Below are positions 33,404 through 43,152 of a stretch of 64,000 nt of DNA, in pieces (the stretch's first letter is position 1; each line of letters begins with the position of its first letter). The stretch is from a virus: positions 4,996 through 68,995 of the IMG/VR virus record IMGVR_UViG_3300048848_000129, one strand, 5' to 3'. A program made the position numbers and the translations under genes. The notes beneath the pieces were generated by a model. It was not told the origin of the DNA and did not search any database. It was given only the letters and a program-made list of their open reading frames with translations.

Positions 33404-34693
33404 TCAGTTACGTGCGGAGATGATCGGCACGGCGGTGTCGATCACGGAAGCGCCGTAGTCGGTGATCTGCTTCATGTCGCCGTAGTCGATCTCGAAGCGG
33501 ATCTTGCTGACGCCGCGGATGACGCCGATCAGCACCTCTTCCTTATCCTCGAAGTCGTCGTCGTCTTCCTTCCAGAAGAACGGCATGCCGGAGTGGCGGG
33601 ACTTGGCCAGCGCTTCGGCCACGGCCTGGCCACCCAGCAGGATGGCGCGGTCCACAGCGAAGTTGCTGCCGAAGCTGGAGGGCACCACGCAGGTGCTCTC
33701 GACCTCGGTGCTGAAGTCGGCGCAGTACTTGATGGTGTCGCCGGCGTAGAAGCGGATCGGCTTGGGCATCTTGATGATCAGGACGCCGAACCACAGGCCC
33801 GCTTCCCCCAGGAACAGCGGGTGCATCTTTGCCTGCTGCGCACGCGCCAGGGCCGACGCCTGCAGCTGGCGGAAGTTGGGGTCCTTGGCGAAGCCCATGT
33901 ACTGGGCCGGGGACACCAGCAGCACGCGCAGCGGCGAGTCGGTGGCGGCGGCATCGCCGGGGAACTGCACCGGGGGCGGCGGCAGCGGGATCTGCTCCAT
34001 CACCGTGCGGATGCCGTCGACCGTGTCCATCTTGAACAGGTCCGTCGTGGCCAGGTCGATCTCGCCGGCGTTCACGGCGAAGGGCTGCACGCCGTTGGAG
34101 CCGTCGGCGATGAAGTGCCGGTTCTTGGTCGGCGCGATGACTGGGTTCACCATGATCTCGGCGAAGTCAGGGTCGACCTCGGTCGGCACCTTCCACTCGA
34201 TGTTGTTGTGGAAGCCGCGCGCGCCGGCCATGTGCACCAGCAGCGACTGGTCGACGTAGCCGTCCATCAGGGACTGCGCCACCGGGCGGCCCAGCGCGCG
34301 CATGTCGGCCGGGCTGCGGACCTCGGTCATCACGTCGCCCAGGTCCACTGGGAAACGGGCCTGGTTGACGCGCAGCCGGTCCTCGGTCAGCTTCAGGCCG
34401 ACGCCGCGGCCCTTGGCGTAGCGCGAGCCCATGATGGGCTTGCCGCCCACGGGGTTCAGCAGGTTGAAGGTCACCTCGTCGCCGCGGCCCTTGCCCAGGT
34501 CCGTGCAGCGCACGATGGGCATGTGCTGCGTGGTCTGCTTGCGGATCGTGGCTTCGGCGCCGCTGGTGCCCTTGGGCATGGGGCCCGACAGGCGCGACAG
34601 CGTGGTGTTGCGGGTCTGGTGCGCGGCGAAGAGGCCGGCTGCCTGTTCGACAAGCTTTTGCTTGTCGCCCGCGGACATGTGGGTCTTGTTCAT
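33404..34693 (-). CDS. Major capsid protein, N4-gp56/DUF4043-like
   Basis: DLGKGRGDEVTFNL; HMAGARG; HPLFLGEAGLW; VDRAILLGGQA; DYG. Confidence 0.88.
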   Translation of the reverse strand: MNKTHMSAGDKQKLVEQAAGLFAAHQTRNTTLSRLSGPMPKGTSGAEATIRKQTTQHMPIVRCTDLGKGRGDEVTFNLLNPVGGKPIMGSRYAKGRGVGLKLTEDRLRVNQARFPVDLGDVMTEVRSPADMRALGRPVAQSLMDGYVDQSLLVHMAGARGFHNNIEWKVPTEVDPDFAEIMVNPVIAPTKNRHFIADGSNGVQPFAVNAGEIDLATTDLFKMDTVDGIRTVMEQIPLPPPPVQFPGDAAATDSPLRVLLVSPAQYMGFAKDPNFRQLQASALARAQQAKMHPLFLGEAGLWFGVLIIKMPKPIRFYAGDTIKYCADFSTEVESTCVVPSSFGSNFAVDRAILLGGQAVAEALAKSRHSGMPFFWKEDDDDFEDKEEVLIGVIRGVSKIRFEIDYGDMKQITDYGASVIDTAVPIISARN

Positions 34694-34705
34694 GAGACGT
34701 GCCTA

Positions 34706-35818
34706 TCAAGTGGATCGGTTGAGGAAGGCCTCGCGCTGCTCCTCGGACATGGACTCCAAGGCTTCGGCCAGCGCGGGGCCCGACATCGACGCCATCGCTT
34801 CGAACCGGCTGCCTGGCCCTGCTGCTCCACCGGGGATCTCGGAGAGCGATGCGGGGGCCGGTGTCGGCGCAGCTGCGATGGCAGCTCTGGCTGCCGCTTT
34901 CGGGTCCGCTGTGAGAGCGGGAGCCGGTGCGGCCGCCTGGACAGCTCCAGTGGCCTTCTTGAACTCATCGAACAGCTCGATCACCTCGGCCGCCGAGCCG
35001 TTCGCCAGCACGGCCTGGAAGCCGGCGCGGGCGAAGGTCGGCTGTGCACCGATCCACGCTGCCAGCTCCTGGCTCTGCGCGATGGAGTCGGCGTCGGGGT
35101 GGGCCTTGTAGATGGAGCCGTAGTGCGCATCCGATGCTGACGTGGCCTGGCTCTGCTTGAGCGGCACGAGTTCGCCTTGCAGCGTCTCGACCTGCTTCTG
35201 CAGCGCCTGAACGGTCGTCAGCAGCGGCTGCATGCCCTGACCCAGCAGGATGCTGATGCCCTTGGCCAGCGCCTCGTCGGAGAAGTCCCCGAAGATTGCA
35301 GGATCGACGCCTGCCTGGATCGCCTTGTCGGCGGCCGCGGCGTTGGCGTCGGTCTGCGTCGGCTGCAGGCCGGCGTCGGCACGCAGTTGGGCCTGGGCCT
35401 GCAACGCGGCCAGTTCGGCACGGGCTGCAGCGGCATCCGCGCGCGCATCCCGGGCTTCGGTCCTGGCCTCCACCAGCTTGTCGTAGCTGATGGTGTGCTT
35501 GCCGCTCTTGGCCAGGATGACCGCGTTGGACGCGTTCAGGTCGGCCTCGTTGGGCTCGGCGGGCGCCGGTGCCGCAGCAGGAGCAGCAGCCGGCGCGGGC
35601 GCCGGTGCCGCCGTCGCTGCGGCGTCGATGATTTCAGTGGTGCCGCGATCGCCCTGGTCTGCGGCCGTCCCGTCGGTGGCGCTGGGCTCGCCACTTTCCA
35701 GCGCTTGCGCGCCGGTGTCGCCCTCGGTCAGAAGCTCAAGGTATCTGGCCGCGTGTTCCGGGGTCAGCTCGCCATCAGGGGCGTGCGTCTGGAGAAAGTC
35801 CGTTGCGTTGGTTGTCAT
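34706..35818 (-). CDS. Scaffolding protein
   Basis: Acidic, Ala-rich coiled coil between portal and capsid; HPDADSI motif. Confidence 0.75.
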   Translation of the reverse strand: MTTNATDFLQTHAPDGELTPEHAARYLELLTEGDTGAQALESGEPSATDGTAADQGDRGTTEIIDAAATAAPAPAPAAAPAAAPAPAEPNEADLNASNAVILAKSGKHTISYDKLVEARTEARDARADAAAARAELAALQAQAQLRADAGLQPTQTDANAAAADKAIQAGVDPAIFGDFSDEALAKGISILLGQGMQPLLTTVQALQKQVETLQGELVPLKQSQATSASDAHYGSIYKAHPDADSIAQSQELAAWIGAQPTFARAGFQAVLANGSAAEVIELFDEFKKATGAVQAAAPAPALTADPKAAARAAIAAAPTPAPASLSEIPGGAAGPGSRFEAMASMSGPALAEALESMSEEQREAFLNRST

Positions 35819-35919
35819 TGCGTCCCGCCACATCACGCCGTGGCCGCAGGGGTCCAGCGGTGCCGGCCAATTCCAGGCCGGCGGCTTCGGTGTCGACTTG
35901 CGCTTTCACCTTGCCGGGC

Positions 35920-35960
35920 AGTGTCAGGACTGGGCCTGCAGACGCGAAACCCTACCGGGG
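35920..35960 (-). promoter_or_regulatory. Late-promoter motif upstream of scaffold/capsid
   Basis: CCCCGGTAGGGTT-N22-GACACT. Confidence 0.7.
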
Positions 35961-35962
35961 TG

Positions 35963-38215
35963 CTACACCGGCACGTTGTCTTCCACGCGCGGCGTCTCGA
36001 TGCCACGCATGCCCTGCTCAGCCTGCTGTGGCACTGGCGGAAAGGCCGGGCTGGTGTTCTCGCGCACGCCAGCAGCGCCCTCGCCTTGCCCTGCGGCGCC
36101 TGGACCAGGCAGGACGGTAGGCTGGGCCGGCACCGGGAAGTTCGGGTCGTCGCCGCCAGGGCTCGGCCGCTGGTAACCGGCACCCTTCATGACCTCGTCC
36201 GCGATGGGCGCGATCATCGGCATCTGCGCGATCTGCGCGCCGGCCTGCATCGCGCTGAAGGCAGCCTGCACGCCGATCTGCACCGCCTGCGCATTGGTCA
36301 GCTTCTCCTTCATGTCCAGCTCGCGCGCCTTGTTCTGGCTGGCCAGCTCGTCACGGATGCGCTTCTCGACGGCCTCCGGCGACTCCATTGCGGCCGCCTC
36401 GCGGATCGCCTTGATGACGGCCCGCTTGTTCGGCAGGTCCATGAGCGACGCCATGAACGGGAACACGGCCTGCTGCAGCAGCGGCGGCATCGACTTGACT
36501 GCCTCCGAGAGCGCATTGAGCTGCTGGGCGCGGAAGCTGCTGGAAGTCGGCACGTCCTCCAGCGCGACCTTGAGCCGGGTGCGCTGAACGTCGTTGGACA
36601 GGTACGGCAGGCCGGTTTCCGGGTCGACCTCGGCCCCGTTCAGGACCACAGTGCGCGGCTCCTCCAGGTCGCCGCCATCGATCACCACCACCTCGCGCTG
36701 GCTGCCAAGGTCCTGGATGATCAGCGACAGCAGCAGCTCGCCGACCTGCGTGCGCGCTTCCTTGAAGTTGTCCATCAGGCCGGCCAGGCTCTGCGACGAC
36801 TGCTCAACCTGCGTCTGCTCCTGCAGTCCGCTGGTGGCGTTGCCCTGCTTGCCCAGGAAGCCGGCTGAGCCGGGCCCGACACGTTCGATGCTGACGCGGG
36901 CGTCCTCGACCATCTTGTAGTGCTGCTCGGACAGCGTGTAGTCGCGCTTCACTTCGAAGCGAGCCCCCTGCTTCGCCATGTGCACTTCGTCCAGCACGAT
37001 GTCCGCATCGACGCGCGCCACCATGCGGCGGAAGTCCGCGTCGGACATGGCCACTGCGCCCTTGGTGCGCTCGGTGCGCACGGCCGACATGCCCCAGCGC
37101 AGCTTGGAGATGCCGCTGTTCAGCGTCTCCTGCGGGAACATCATGGCGCGCAGCAAGCCGTAAGGCGCGCCAGTGCTGTCTTCGATGCCGGCGCGGAACA
37201 GCACGTAGGGGTAGCTGCGGTGCGCGTAGGGCGACGGGTCGTCGGCCAGCCGATGCGGGCCGAGCCAGTAGGCACGCCGGATCCGCGACACCACGGCCAG
37301 CGTTGGCTGCACCAGGCCGCGCGTCATGGCGTGCAGGTGCACGGGGTTGTTCTCGTCGAACTCCACCACGCGGCCGTCGGGCGTGGTGAACATGGCCACC
37401 TGCACCCAGCGCCGGTACCAGACCTCGCTGATGAGCGCCTTCTTGCTGTCGCGCTGGTACCAATTCATCTCCTCGATCGTCCAGCCCCGGGCCGAGCCGG
37501 TGCCGTCCGACAGGCCTGTGCTGGTGCCGCCCTCGATGCCGTTGACCATGCCGAACTCGCCCAGGTCGCCGCGGCCGCAGGCGTCGATCAGCGCCCGGTG
37601 CTGTGGGAACGCGAGCTTCAGGCGCTTGGCGAGGATCCACTGGCGCCGCATCACCCAGGCGCAGCGCTCGAGCCGCGGGTCGTTGCGATCGGTCATGTCC
37701 CAGAACATCTCATTGCGGTGGACGGCCGTGCACCGGTACTTGAATTTCGTGGGATCCGACTCGCGCGCCACCTCGACCCAGCCGACGCCAACGCAGGTCT
37801 CCTGGCGAAATGCATCGGTGCAGGCCTTGTCGGCGTGGCTCTTCTGCTCGGCCTGGTGCAGCTTGGAGCCGAGCGCGTCGGCCACGTCCTGGCCATCCGG
37901 ACCACCTTCGGGCGTGAGCCGCCAGTCGGTGCGCGTCTTGGCCTCCATGCCGACGATGCCCTCGACAGTGGGCGCCATGATGTTCTCGACCGCCGGCGGG
38001 ATGCCCAGCTCGCGCTGTCTCTGCAGCAGCTCGCTGTCCAGCTGGTTGCCGTCCAGGAAATCCATCTCCCGGTCGGCCTTGGCGCGCCAGTGCGGCTGAT
38101 CCTCGATCGCCTGCAGGATGTCGATGAACTCCTCCAGCGACAGCGGCCGATCCCCTTCGTTGTCCTCGGGCTCGTCGCCGGCGGGGTTTTCCAGGTGCTC
38201 TTGGGTCATGTCCAT
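35963..38215 (-). CDS. Portal protein (P22-like podoviral), 750 aa
   Basis: WRAKADREMDFLDGNQ; GVGWVEV; PYGLLRAM..Q; NATSG; start MDMTQEH just after the TerL stop. Confidence 0.88.
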   Translation of the reverse strand: MDMTQEHLENPAGDEPEDNEGDRPLSLEEFIDILQAIEDQPHWRAKADREMDFLDGNQLDSELLQRQRELGIPPAVENIMAPTVEGIVGMEAKTRTDWRLTPEGGPDGQDVADALGSKLHQAEQKSHADKACTDAFRQETCVGVGWVEVARESDPTKFKYRCTAVHRNEMFWDMTDRNDPRLERCAWVMRRQWILAKRLKLAFPQHRALIDACGRGDLGEFGMVNGIEGGTSTGLSDGTGSARGWTIEEMNWYQRDSKKALISEVWYRRWVQVAMFTTPDGRVVEFDENNPVHLHAMTRGLVQPTLAVVSRIRRAYWLGPHRLADDPSPYAHRSYPYVLFRAGIEDSTGAPYGLLRAMMFPQETLNSGISKLRWGMSAVRTERTKGAVAMSDADFRRMVARVDADIVLDEVHMAKQGARFEVKRDYTLSEQHYKMVEDARVSIERVGPGSAGFLGKQGNATSGLQEQTQVEQSSQSLAGLMDNFKEARTQVGELLLSLIIQDLGSQREVVVIDGGDLEEPRTVVLNGAEVDPETGLPYLSNDVQRTRLKVALEDVPTSSSFRAQQLNALSEAVKSMPPLLQQAVFPFMASLMDLPNKRAVIKAIREAAAMESPEAVEKRIRDELASQNKARELDMKEKLTNAQAVQIGVQAAFSAMQAGAQIAQMPMIAPIADEVMKGAGYQRPSPGGDDPNFPVPAQPTVLPGPGAAGQGEGAAGVRENTSPAFPPVPQQAEQGMRGIETPRVEDNVPV

Positions 38216-38223
38216 GGTGGTTC

Positions 38224-39777
38224 CTACATCCGCCAGTCGGGGGGCGGTGGCATTGCGGTGCGCTGGTGGCTGCTGACGACGGGCGTGATCAGGCCGCCTT
38301 CCTTGGCCTGGGCCCATTGCCGGAACGCATCGGCGCCTTCGCTGGCGCCGTTGCCCTTGTCCGGGGTGTCCGTGAAGCGGCCCTCGGCCGCGTTCCACTT
38401 CTTGCGGTAGTTGTCCAGGCGCTGCACGCCCTTGGCCGCCTGCTCGCGCTCGAAGTAGGCAGATGCGAAGTGCTTGCGCGTGGTCTGGATGCCGGTCGAC
38501 AGGTCCGTGATGCGCGGCACGATGACGGTGTTGCGCAGGCCCAGATCGTTCAGCATCTCCTCGGTGGACCGGTTCGTGTCCCCCAGTCGCTTGTGCGCGG
38601 CGTCGTGCGGCAAGAAGTGCTTGTTCCAGACATAGCCGGTCCGCTGCAGCTCGGCGACGTAGTAGCGCAGGTCCTCGCCGTGGGCTTCGATGTAGCCGAT
38701 GAAGCGGTCCTCGGGGCCGACCTGCTGGTGCAGCCAGATGCCGCAGCCATCGCCGTTGCCGATGTCCCAGAAGGTATTCACCGGCACGTCGATCACCGGG
38801 ATGCGCAGGATGCGGCCCTGCTTGCGCACCGCCGTCATCTGCTTGGCGTAGTAGTTGCCCTCCGAGGACACCTGGAACGGCTCCGACGGGGTCGACGGGT
38901 ACTCCTGCCACATCTTCTCGGCCGCGCCGCCGAAGTCGCTGTCGCGCGTCTTCACGTACCAGGCGCGCTGGTCGGGGTCGATCCTGGTGCCCTGCTCCTG
39001 CTCGACCTGGTCGAAGTAGTCGTGGTCGGCCTGGCTGATGGCCACCTCGCGCGAGTCCAGCCGGTACTCGGGCGCCTCTTGCCACGGGTAGAAGTGGAAG
39101 CGGTAGTCCTTGGTGGTGAGCCGCACCTTCTGGATGTGCAGCTTCTCCGCGGCATCGCTCATGGCATAGAACGGGCCCTCTCGCCCCTCCGCCGTGCTCT
39201 CGATGATGATGACGCCACCCTCGGGGACCGATGGGATGGAGCCGGTGATGACCTCCTGCGCCTTCTCGGGGAACTTGGCGCAGATCTTCCCGAACTCGGA
39301 CACGTGCAGCCGGTCCGTGGTGCCCGAGCGCAGGCTGGTCGCCACCTGGATGCTGCTGTTGTTGTGGCCGAACAGCAGCTCGTCGGCGCGCGCCACCTTG
39401 AGGGGGAAGCGCTCGCGCAGCACCGGGTCCAGGTTGTCGTACGCGAAGCGCACCTTGTCCCGGAAGATGCTGCCCGCGGCCTTGTCGTTGTGGGCCACGA
39501 TGCCGCAGCGCTGGTCGGCGTTGAACAGCGCGTGGTCCAGGAACAGGATCGCGATCAGCGTCGTGAAGCCCAGCTGGCGCGCCTTCAAGATGATGTTGCG
39601 GTGCCACATCCGCTCGATGAAGCGGCGCTGCGCGCGGTTCGGCTTGAAGGTCTTCACCTTCCCCGGATCGGCCGGGTTGTCGCTCTTGATGAGGATCTTG
39701 TACAGGTTGTTGAGCCGCCACATCGGGTCGGCCAGGCACAGCGCAAGCTCCTCCGCGTTGGACGGCAGTGCGCTCAT
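38224..39777 (-). CDS. Terminase large subunit
   Basis: ILKARQLGFTT Walker A; LHVSEFG; IESTAEG; nuclease domain FWDIG..LPHDA..GADAFR. Confidence 0.93.
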   Translation of the reverse strand: MSALPSNAEELALCLADPMWRLNNLYKILIKSDNPADPGKVKTFKPNRAQRRFIERMWHRNIILKARQLGFTTLIAILFLDHALFNADQRCGIVAHNDKAAGSIFRDKVRFAYDNLDPVLRERFPLKVARADELLFGHNNSSIQVATSLRSGTTDRLHVSEFGKICAKFPEKAQEVITGSIPSVPEGGVIIIESTAEGREGPFYAMSDAAEKLHIQKVRLTTKDYRFHFYPWQEAPEYRLDSREVAISQADHDYFDQVEQEQGTRIDPDQRAWYVKTRDSDFGGAAEKMWQEYPSTPSEPFQVSSEGNYYAKQMTAVRKQGRILRIPVIDVPVNTFWDIGNGDGCGIWLHQQVGPEDRFIGYIEAHGEDLRYYVAELQRTGYVWNKHFLPHDAAHKRLGDTNRSTEEMLNDLGLRNTVIVPRITDLSTGIQTTRKHFASAYFEREQAAKGVQRLDNYRKKWNAAEGRFTDTPDKGNGASEGADAFRQWAQAKEGGLITPVVSSHQRTAMPPPPDWRM

Positions 39778-40463
39778 GGGCGGTGCGCCGGATCGTCAGG
39801 AACGACGGGCAGCGCCGTCGCGCCAATCCCTCGCAGCAGCGCCGCGATCGGGTCCACGTTCTCCGGCTTGGTGCGCGGGTCGATGCCATAGGCCTCGCGC
39901 TCGAGCGTGACCTGGATGCGCAGCGCTTCCATCAGCTGGCGCACGACGCCGGTTCGATTGCCCAACGACAGCGCACGCTGCAGACCGTCGCTCATGGTCA
40001 CGCGGTGCTGCTCGGCCAGCTCTTCGCCCGGCTTGGCCAGCGCCAGCGCCGCCTCGATCCGTGCGAACAGGCCAGGGTCGGTAGACGCGCGCTCGACCTC
40101 GTCCAGTAGCCGCATGACGGCGACGCCGCCGCGCGAGATGCGATCCTGCTGGGTCATCCGCACGCTGGCCTGCGACCGTGCACCGGACTCGACGACCTGC
40201 TTCTCGGTCGCCAGGCGTTGCATTTCTGGTGACGTGGATACCGCCGCTCTGGATACCAGCGCATCGGCCTTGGCGCGGATCTTGGCGGCCAAGTCGCGCG
40301 TCCAGTCGTCGCGCTTCGCCCTCTTGTTGATGGCGCCGTGGGTGATGCCGTGCTCGCTGGCGATCTGGCGCAGCGTCTTCACGCCAGCGCGGTAGTCGGC
40401 CTCGATCCGGATCCAGTCCGGGTCATTTTTGGGAGAGCTTGGGGAATTGGATACCGGAGGCAT
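39774..40463 (-). CDS. Terminase small subunit
   Basis: DWIRIEADYRAG..LRQIASEHGITHGAINKRAKRDDW HTH; LEREAYGID. Confidence 0.85.
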   Translation of the reverse strand: MPPVSNSPSSPKNDPDWIRIEADYRAGVKTLRQIASEHGITHGAINKRAKRDDWTRDLAAKIRAKADALVSRAAVSTSPEMQRLATEKQVVESGARSQASVRMTQQDRISRGGVAVMRLLDEVERASTDPGLFARIEAALALAKPGEELAEQHRVTMSDGLQRALSLGNRTGVVRQLMEALRIQVTLEREAYGIDPRTKPENVDPIAALLRGIGATALPVVPDDPAHRP

Positions 40464-40471
40464 GGGCAGCG

Positions 40472-40513
40472 ACTGTGCCCATGCGCGCGTGGTGCAGCGA
40501 ACCCTACCCGGGG
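40472..40513 (-). promoter_or_regulatory. Late-promoter motif upstream of terS
   Basis: CCCCGGGTAGGGTTCG with CACAGT at 22-nt spacing; ATG 8 nt downstream. Confidence 0.72.
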
Positions 40514-40543
40514 ACGGCGGCCAGCGGGCCTACGCAATCGGCC

Positions 40544-40577
40544 AAAAAAAGGCGCCCGCCAAGCATGGCGGGCGCCT
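40544..40577 (-). terminator. Strong rho-independent terminator insulating the late operon
   Basis: GGCGCCCGCC-ATGCTT-GGCGGGCGCC-TTTTTTT. Confidence 0.85.
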
Positions 40578-40906
40578 ATCGCTGCAAGCAGCGTTCGCCC
40601 AGAGACGCAGAACGACTTTGACGCCTCCCGTCGACCTGCCGAGCCGGCGATGCGCGCCTGCTCCTGTGGGACAGGACCGCGCGGGCGAGAACAGCCTGTG
40701 AAGCGCGACCGGTCGGTCTCGCTCTTGGACGGGCGGGGGACAGGGTCCGCAGGGCTTTCCTCGAGCAGCAGCGGCGGCGGCGGGTGCGCAGTTGCGGCCC
40801 CACCATGAACGGCAGCTGGCGACTGAGTTGCGGCGTCAGTCGGACGGGACACGCGGCCGCGATCGCGGCTGACAGTCTGCCCTCTGTGACGGCATGAGAT
40901 TGGGAC

Positions 40907-41095
40907 ATGGATGACCGGATCCGCGAACTCGACGAAGCATTCAAAAGAGCGGACGAGCTTGGCGCTCGCGTGGAGGCTTACATCGCTTCCGGCCGCGGCA
41001 TTCCCCGCCATCTCATGGACGCATCCGCGAGGGCCGACGAGGAGCTGCTTCAAATACTGCTCGCCCTGGAGCGCGCCAGGAGGCCTGTCGAGTAA
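40907..41095 (+). CDS. Small hypothetical protein (62 aa)
   Basis: GGGA RBS; helical amphipathic sequence. Confidence 0.5.
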   Translation: MDDRIRELDEAFKRADELGARVEAYIASGRGIPRHLMDASARADEELLQILLALERARRPVE

Positions 41096-41218
41096 CGAAC
41101 CGGGCGGCAGGCAAGCCCAGCGCGGGTTCCAGCCAGACGACCGTGCAGCTCAGCACGGCGTGCGATGATGGCTTCGACCATCAGTCGCTGGCTAGTCAGC
41201 ATTTTTCTGTGCCGAAGC

Positions 41219-41467
41219 ATGTCGCAGTTCGTCCGACCATCCTTTCATAATGGCCAGTACCGAATCGCCAAGCAGGCCCGTCCGTACGTTGGAGCGCGGG
41301 TAGCGGCGTGGCTTAAGGTCGCGGCGGTATTCCCGACTGACGACAGCGTGGTCAACTACTGGGCCTTGGCCGATGCCCTGAGCGAGCTTGACGGTGGCAA
41401 GCCGAGCCAGGCGGCGCACAGGTTCTTGAGGTACTGCATTGAGCGCGGGTGGCTTGAGCGGGTTTAG
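41219..41467 (+). CDS. Small protein, paralog of 41515-41772
   Basis: GQYRIAKQARPY.G..AW.K..NYWALADAL..HRFLRYCIERGWLERV. Confidence 0.75.
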   Translation: MSQFVRPSFHNGQYRIAKQARPYVGARVAAWLKVAAVFPTDDSVVNYWALADALSELDGGKPSQAAHRFLRYCIERGWLERV

Positions 41468-41514
41468 ACGGCTCTGGCCGCATGGCCTGCCGATCATCGC
41501 CCCAACGTCATCTA

Positions 41515-41772
41515 CTACGGCGGCTGCACGCGCTCCAGCCAGCCTTGTCTGACACAGTACCTGAGGAACACGTGCGGATCCACGTCGGCTTTGTCTTCGC
41601 CGCCTTCAGCAAGCGCATCAACGAGTGCCCAATAGTTCAACGCAGGCACAGGAACTGAGAACGCTATTTCGATCTTGGTCCACGCGAAGGCTTGCTTTCC
41701 CGAATAGCGGCGCGGTTGCCGGGCAATTCGGTAGCGGCCGGTGTGTATCGAGTGCTTGAACAGCAAAGGCAT
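41515..41772 (-). CDS. Small protein, paralog of 41219-41467 (convergent)
   Basis: GRYRIARQPRRY.G..AW.K..NYWALVDAL..HVFLRYCVRQGWLERV. Confidence 0.75.
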   Translation of the reverse strand: MPLLFKHSIHTGRYRIARQPRRYSGKQAFAWTKIEIAFSVPVPALNYWALVDALAEGGEDKADVDPHVFLRYCVRQGWLERVQPP

Positions 41773-42026
41773 GTTCCGACGTGTCCCATTGAGCCTTGAA
41801 CTGTACGCGCTCCGCACTGGTCACAGAGCGATCAGCGCCAGCAGCAGGCCGTGTTGCCCTGGGGCTCCTCTGCTGGCTCTGCGCCACCCGGGCGGCGAAG
41901 GGGCGCTTCGTCGGCGAAGCGATGCATTTCTGAGGGATGGCCGCGCGGCGTCCCTGCATTACTGAGCATTTCTCCTCTAGCGTTGGCAACCGTTTAGGTG
42001 GACAAACGGGCGGCGGAGGACGCGCT

Positions 42027-42242
42027 ATGCCTTTGGAGATGCTGCGTGAACTGGCTACGCGAGTCCTGCCAGTGAGGATCACAGACTCTGAGCAGATCGA
42101 CAAGCTGCGGCAATTGCGCGACCTTGGCGACATCATTGTTCTGCTGCCAATAGGGTACGAGATGGTCCCGTACGCGAGCGTGCTCCTCATCACGGCACAC
42201 GGATGGCGCACGTTGCGCGGCCATCAATGCCCGCCAGCCTGA
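42027..42242 (+). CDS. Small winged-helix-like protein, paralog of the next gene
   Basis: GGAGG RBS; MPLEML..LPVRITD..IDKL..L..A.VLLITAHG. Confidence 0.65.
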   Translation: MPLEMLRELATRVLPVRITDSEQIDKLRQLRDLGDIIVLLPIGYEMVPYASVLLITAHGWRTLRGHQCPPA

Positions 42243-42259
42243 CGGACTAGGGGTCCGCC

Positions 42260-42487
42260 ATGCCAATCGACTACCTCTGTTCCATCGAGCATGTGCGGTT
42301 CCCGTTTCGGGCCACGGATGAGCACGCGATCCAGTGCCTCCAAGTACTGGCAGCCGCGAAACTGGTTGATGTGACCTTTGTTCCCTCCGGCGTGCCTGGC
42401 GTTGATCGCGCGGCCGACATCCATGCCATCACGGATCGTGGGAGGGTGGCCCTGGCCTGTCACGCGCAGGGGAAGCCGCTGCCATAG
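42260..42487 (+). CDS. Small winged-helix-like protein
   Basis: MPIDYL..FPFRATD..IQCL.VL..A.IHAITDRG. Confidence 0.65.
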   Translation: MPIDYLCSIEHVRFPFRATDEHAIQCLQVLAAAKLVDVTFVPSGVPGVDRAADIHAITDRGRVALACHAQGKPLP

Positions 42488-42567
42488 TGACTGCAGCCGT
42501 CCTGTCGCAGTACTTCACCGACCGCCTCTTGAGCCAGCCTTCGCTCTAGAAACGAATACGGCCGATA

Positions 42568-43065
42568 TCACAGCAGCGACGCCTGTTGCCCGACCTGCCG
42601 CTGCAGCGCCTCGACCGACTTCTGCAGCTGGGCGGCCAACGCCGTGGTCTGCCGGCTGCGGCCGTCGATCGCGGCCATCAGCTCGGCGATGTCGCTCAGC
42701 GCGCCGACGTGCACCGCCTCCTGGGCCATGCCTTGCATCTGCTTGGCGATGCGCCGGGCCTCGGTGGGGTTCACCTTCATGACCTGGTCGCCACACTCCA
42801 GGATGACACAGCCGTCCTCGAGGATGGTCACCGTGGTGGCCCTGGTGGGCTCGAACTGCTGAACCTTCTCGAAGATGCCGTTGCCGATGCGCTGGATCAG
42901 GCCGTCCTCGATGAACTTGTCGACGTGGTCGTCGATGATGTGGAACGGCAGCTCGGTCATCTCCCGCAGGCGCCTGCGCGTGAAGGCCTTGGCCACGGCC
43001 GCCAGCTCCTGGATGGCGGACCAGATGCGCTCTCGGGCAGGCATGGTGGGCTTTTGGTCGGTCAT
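42568..43065 (-). CDS. Winged-helix protein, candidate late-gene activator
   Basis: IWSAIQEL..TRRRLREMTELPFHIIDDHVDKFIEDGLIQRIGNGIF; last gene of the early right operon (Q position). Confidence 0.65.
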   Translation of the reverse strand: MTDQKPTMPARERIWSAIQELAAVAKAFTRRRLREMTELPFHIIDDHVDKFIEDGLIQRIGNGIFEKVQQFEPTRATTVTILEDGCVILECGDQVMKVNPTEARRIAKQMQGMAQEAVHVGALSDIAELMAAIDGRSRQTTALAAQLQKSVEALQRQVGQQASLL

Positions 43066-43152
43066 GCTGGGGCTCCCTTCTGAATGGGCTGGAACAGGGC
43101 CAAGCGGCCGCACGCGGTCATGCGGTGGTCACGTCCTTGGCGATCTGGCATG

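Noticed and set aside
38216-39889. 1308-aa ORF suggesting a huge N-terminal extension of the portal
   Set aside because: The extension is an off-frame shadow of terL; the portal has its own start at 38215 just after the terL stop.
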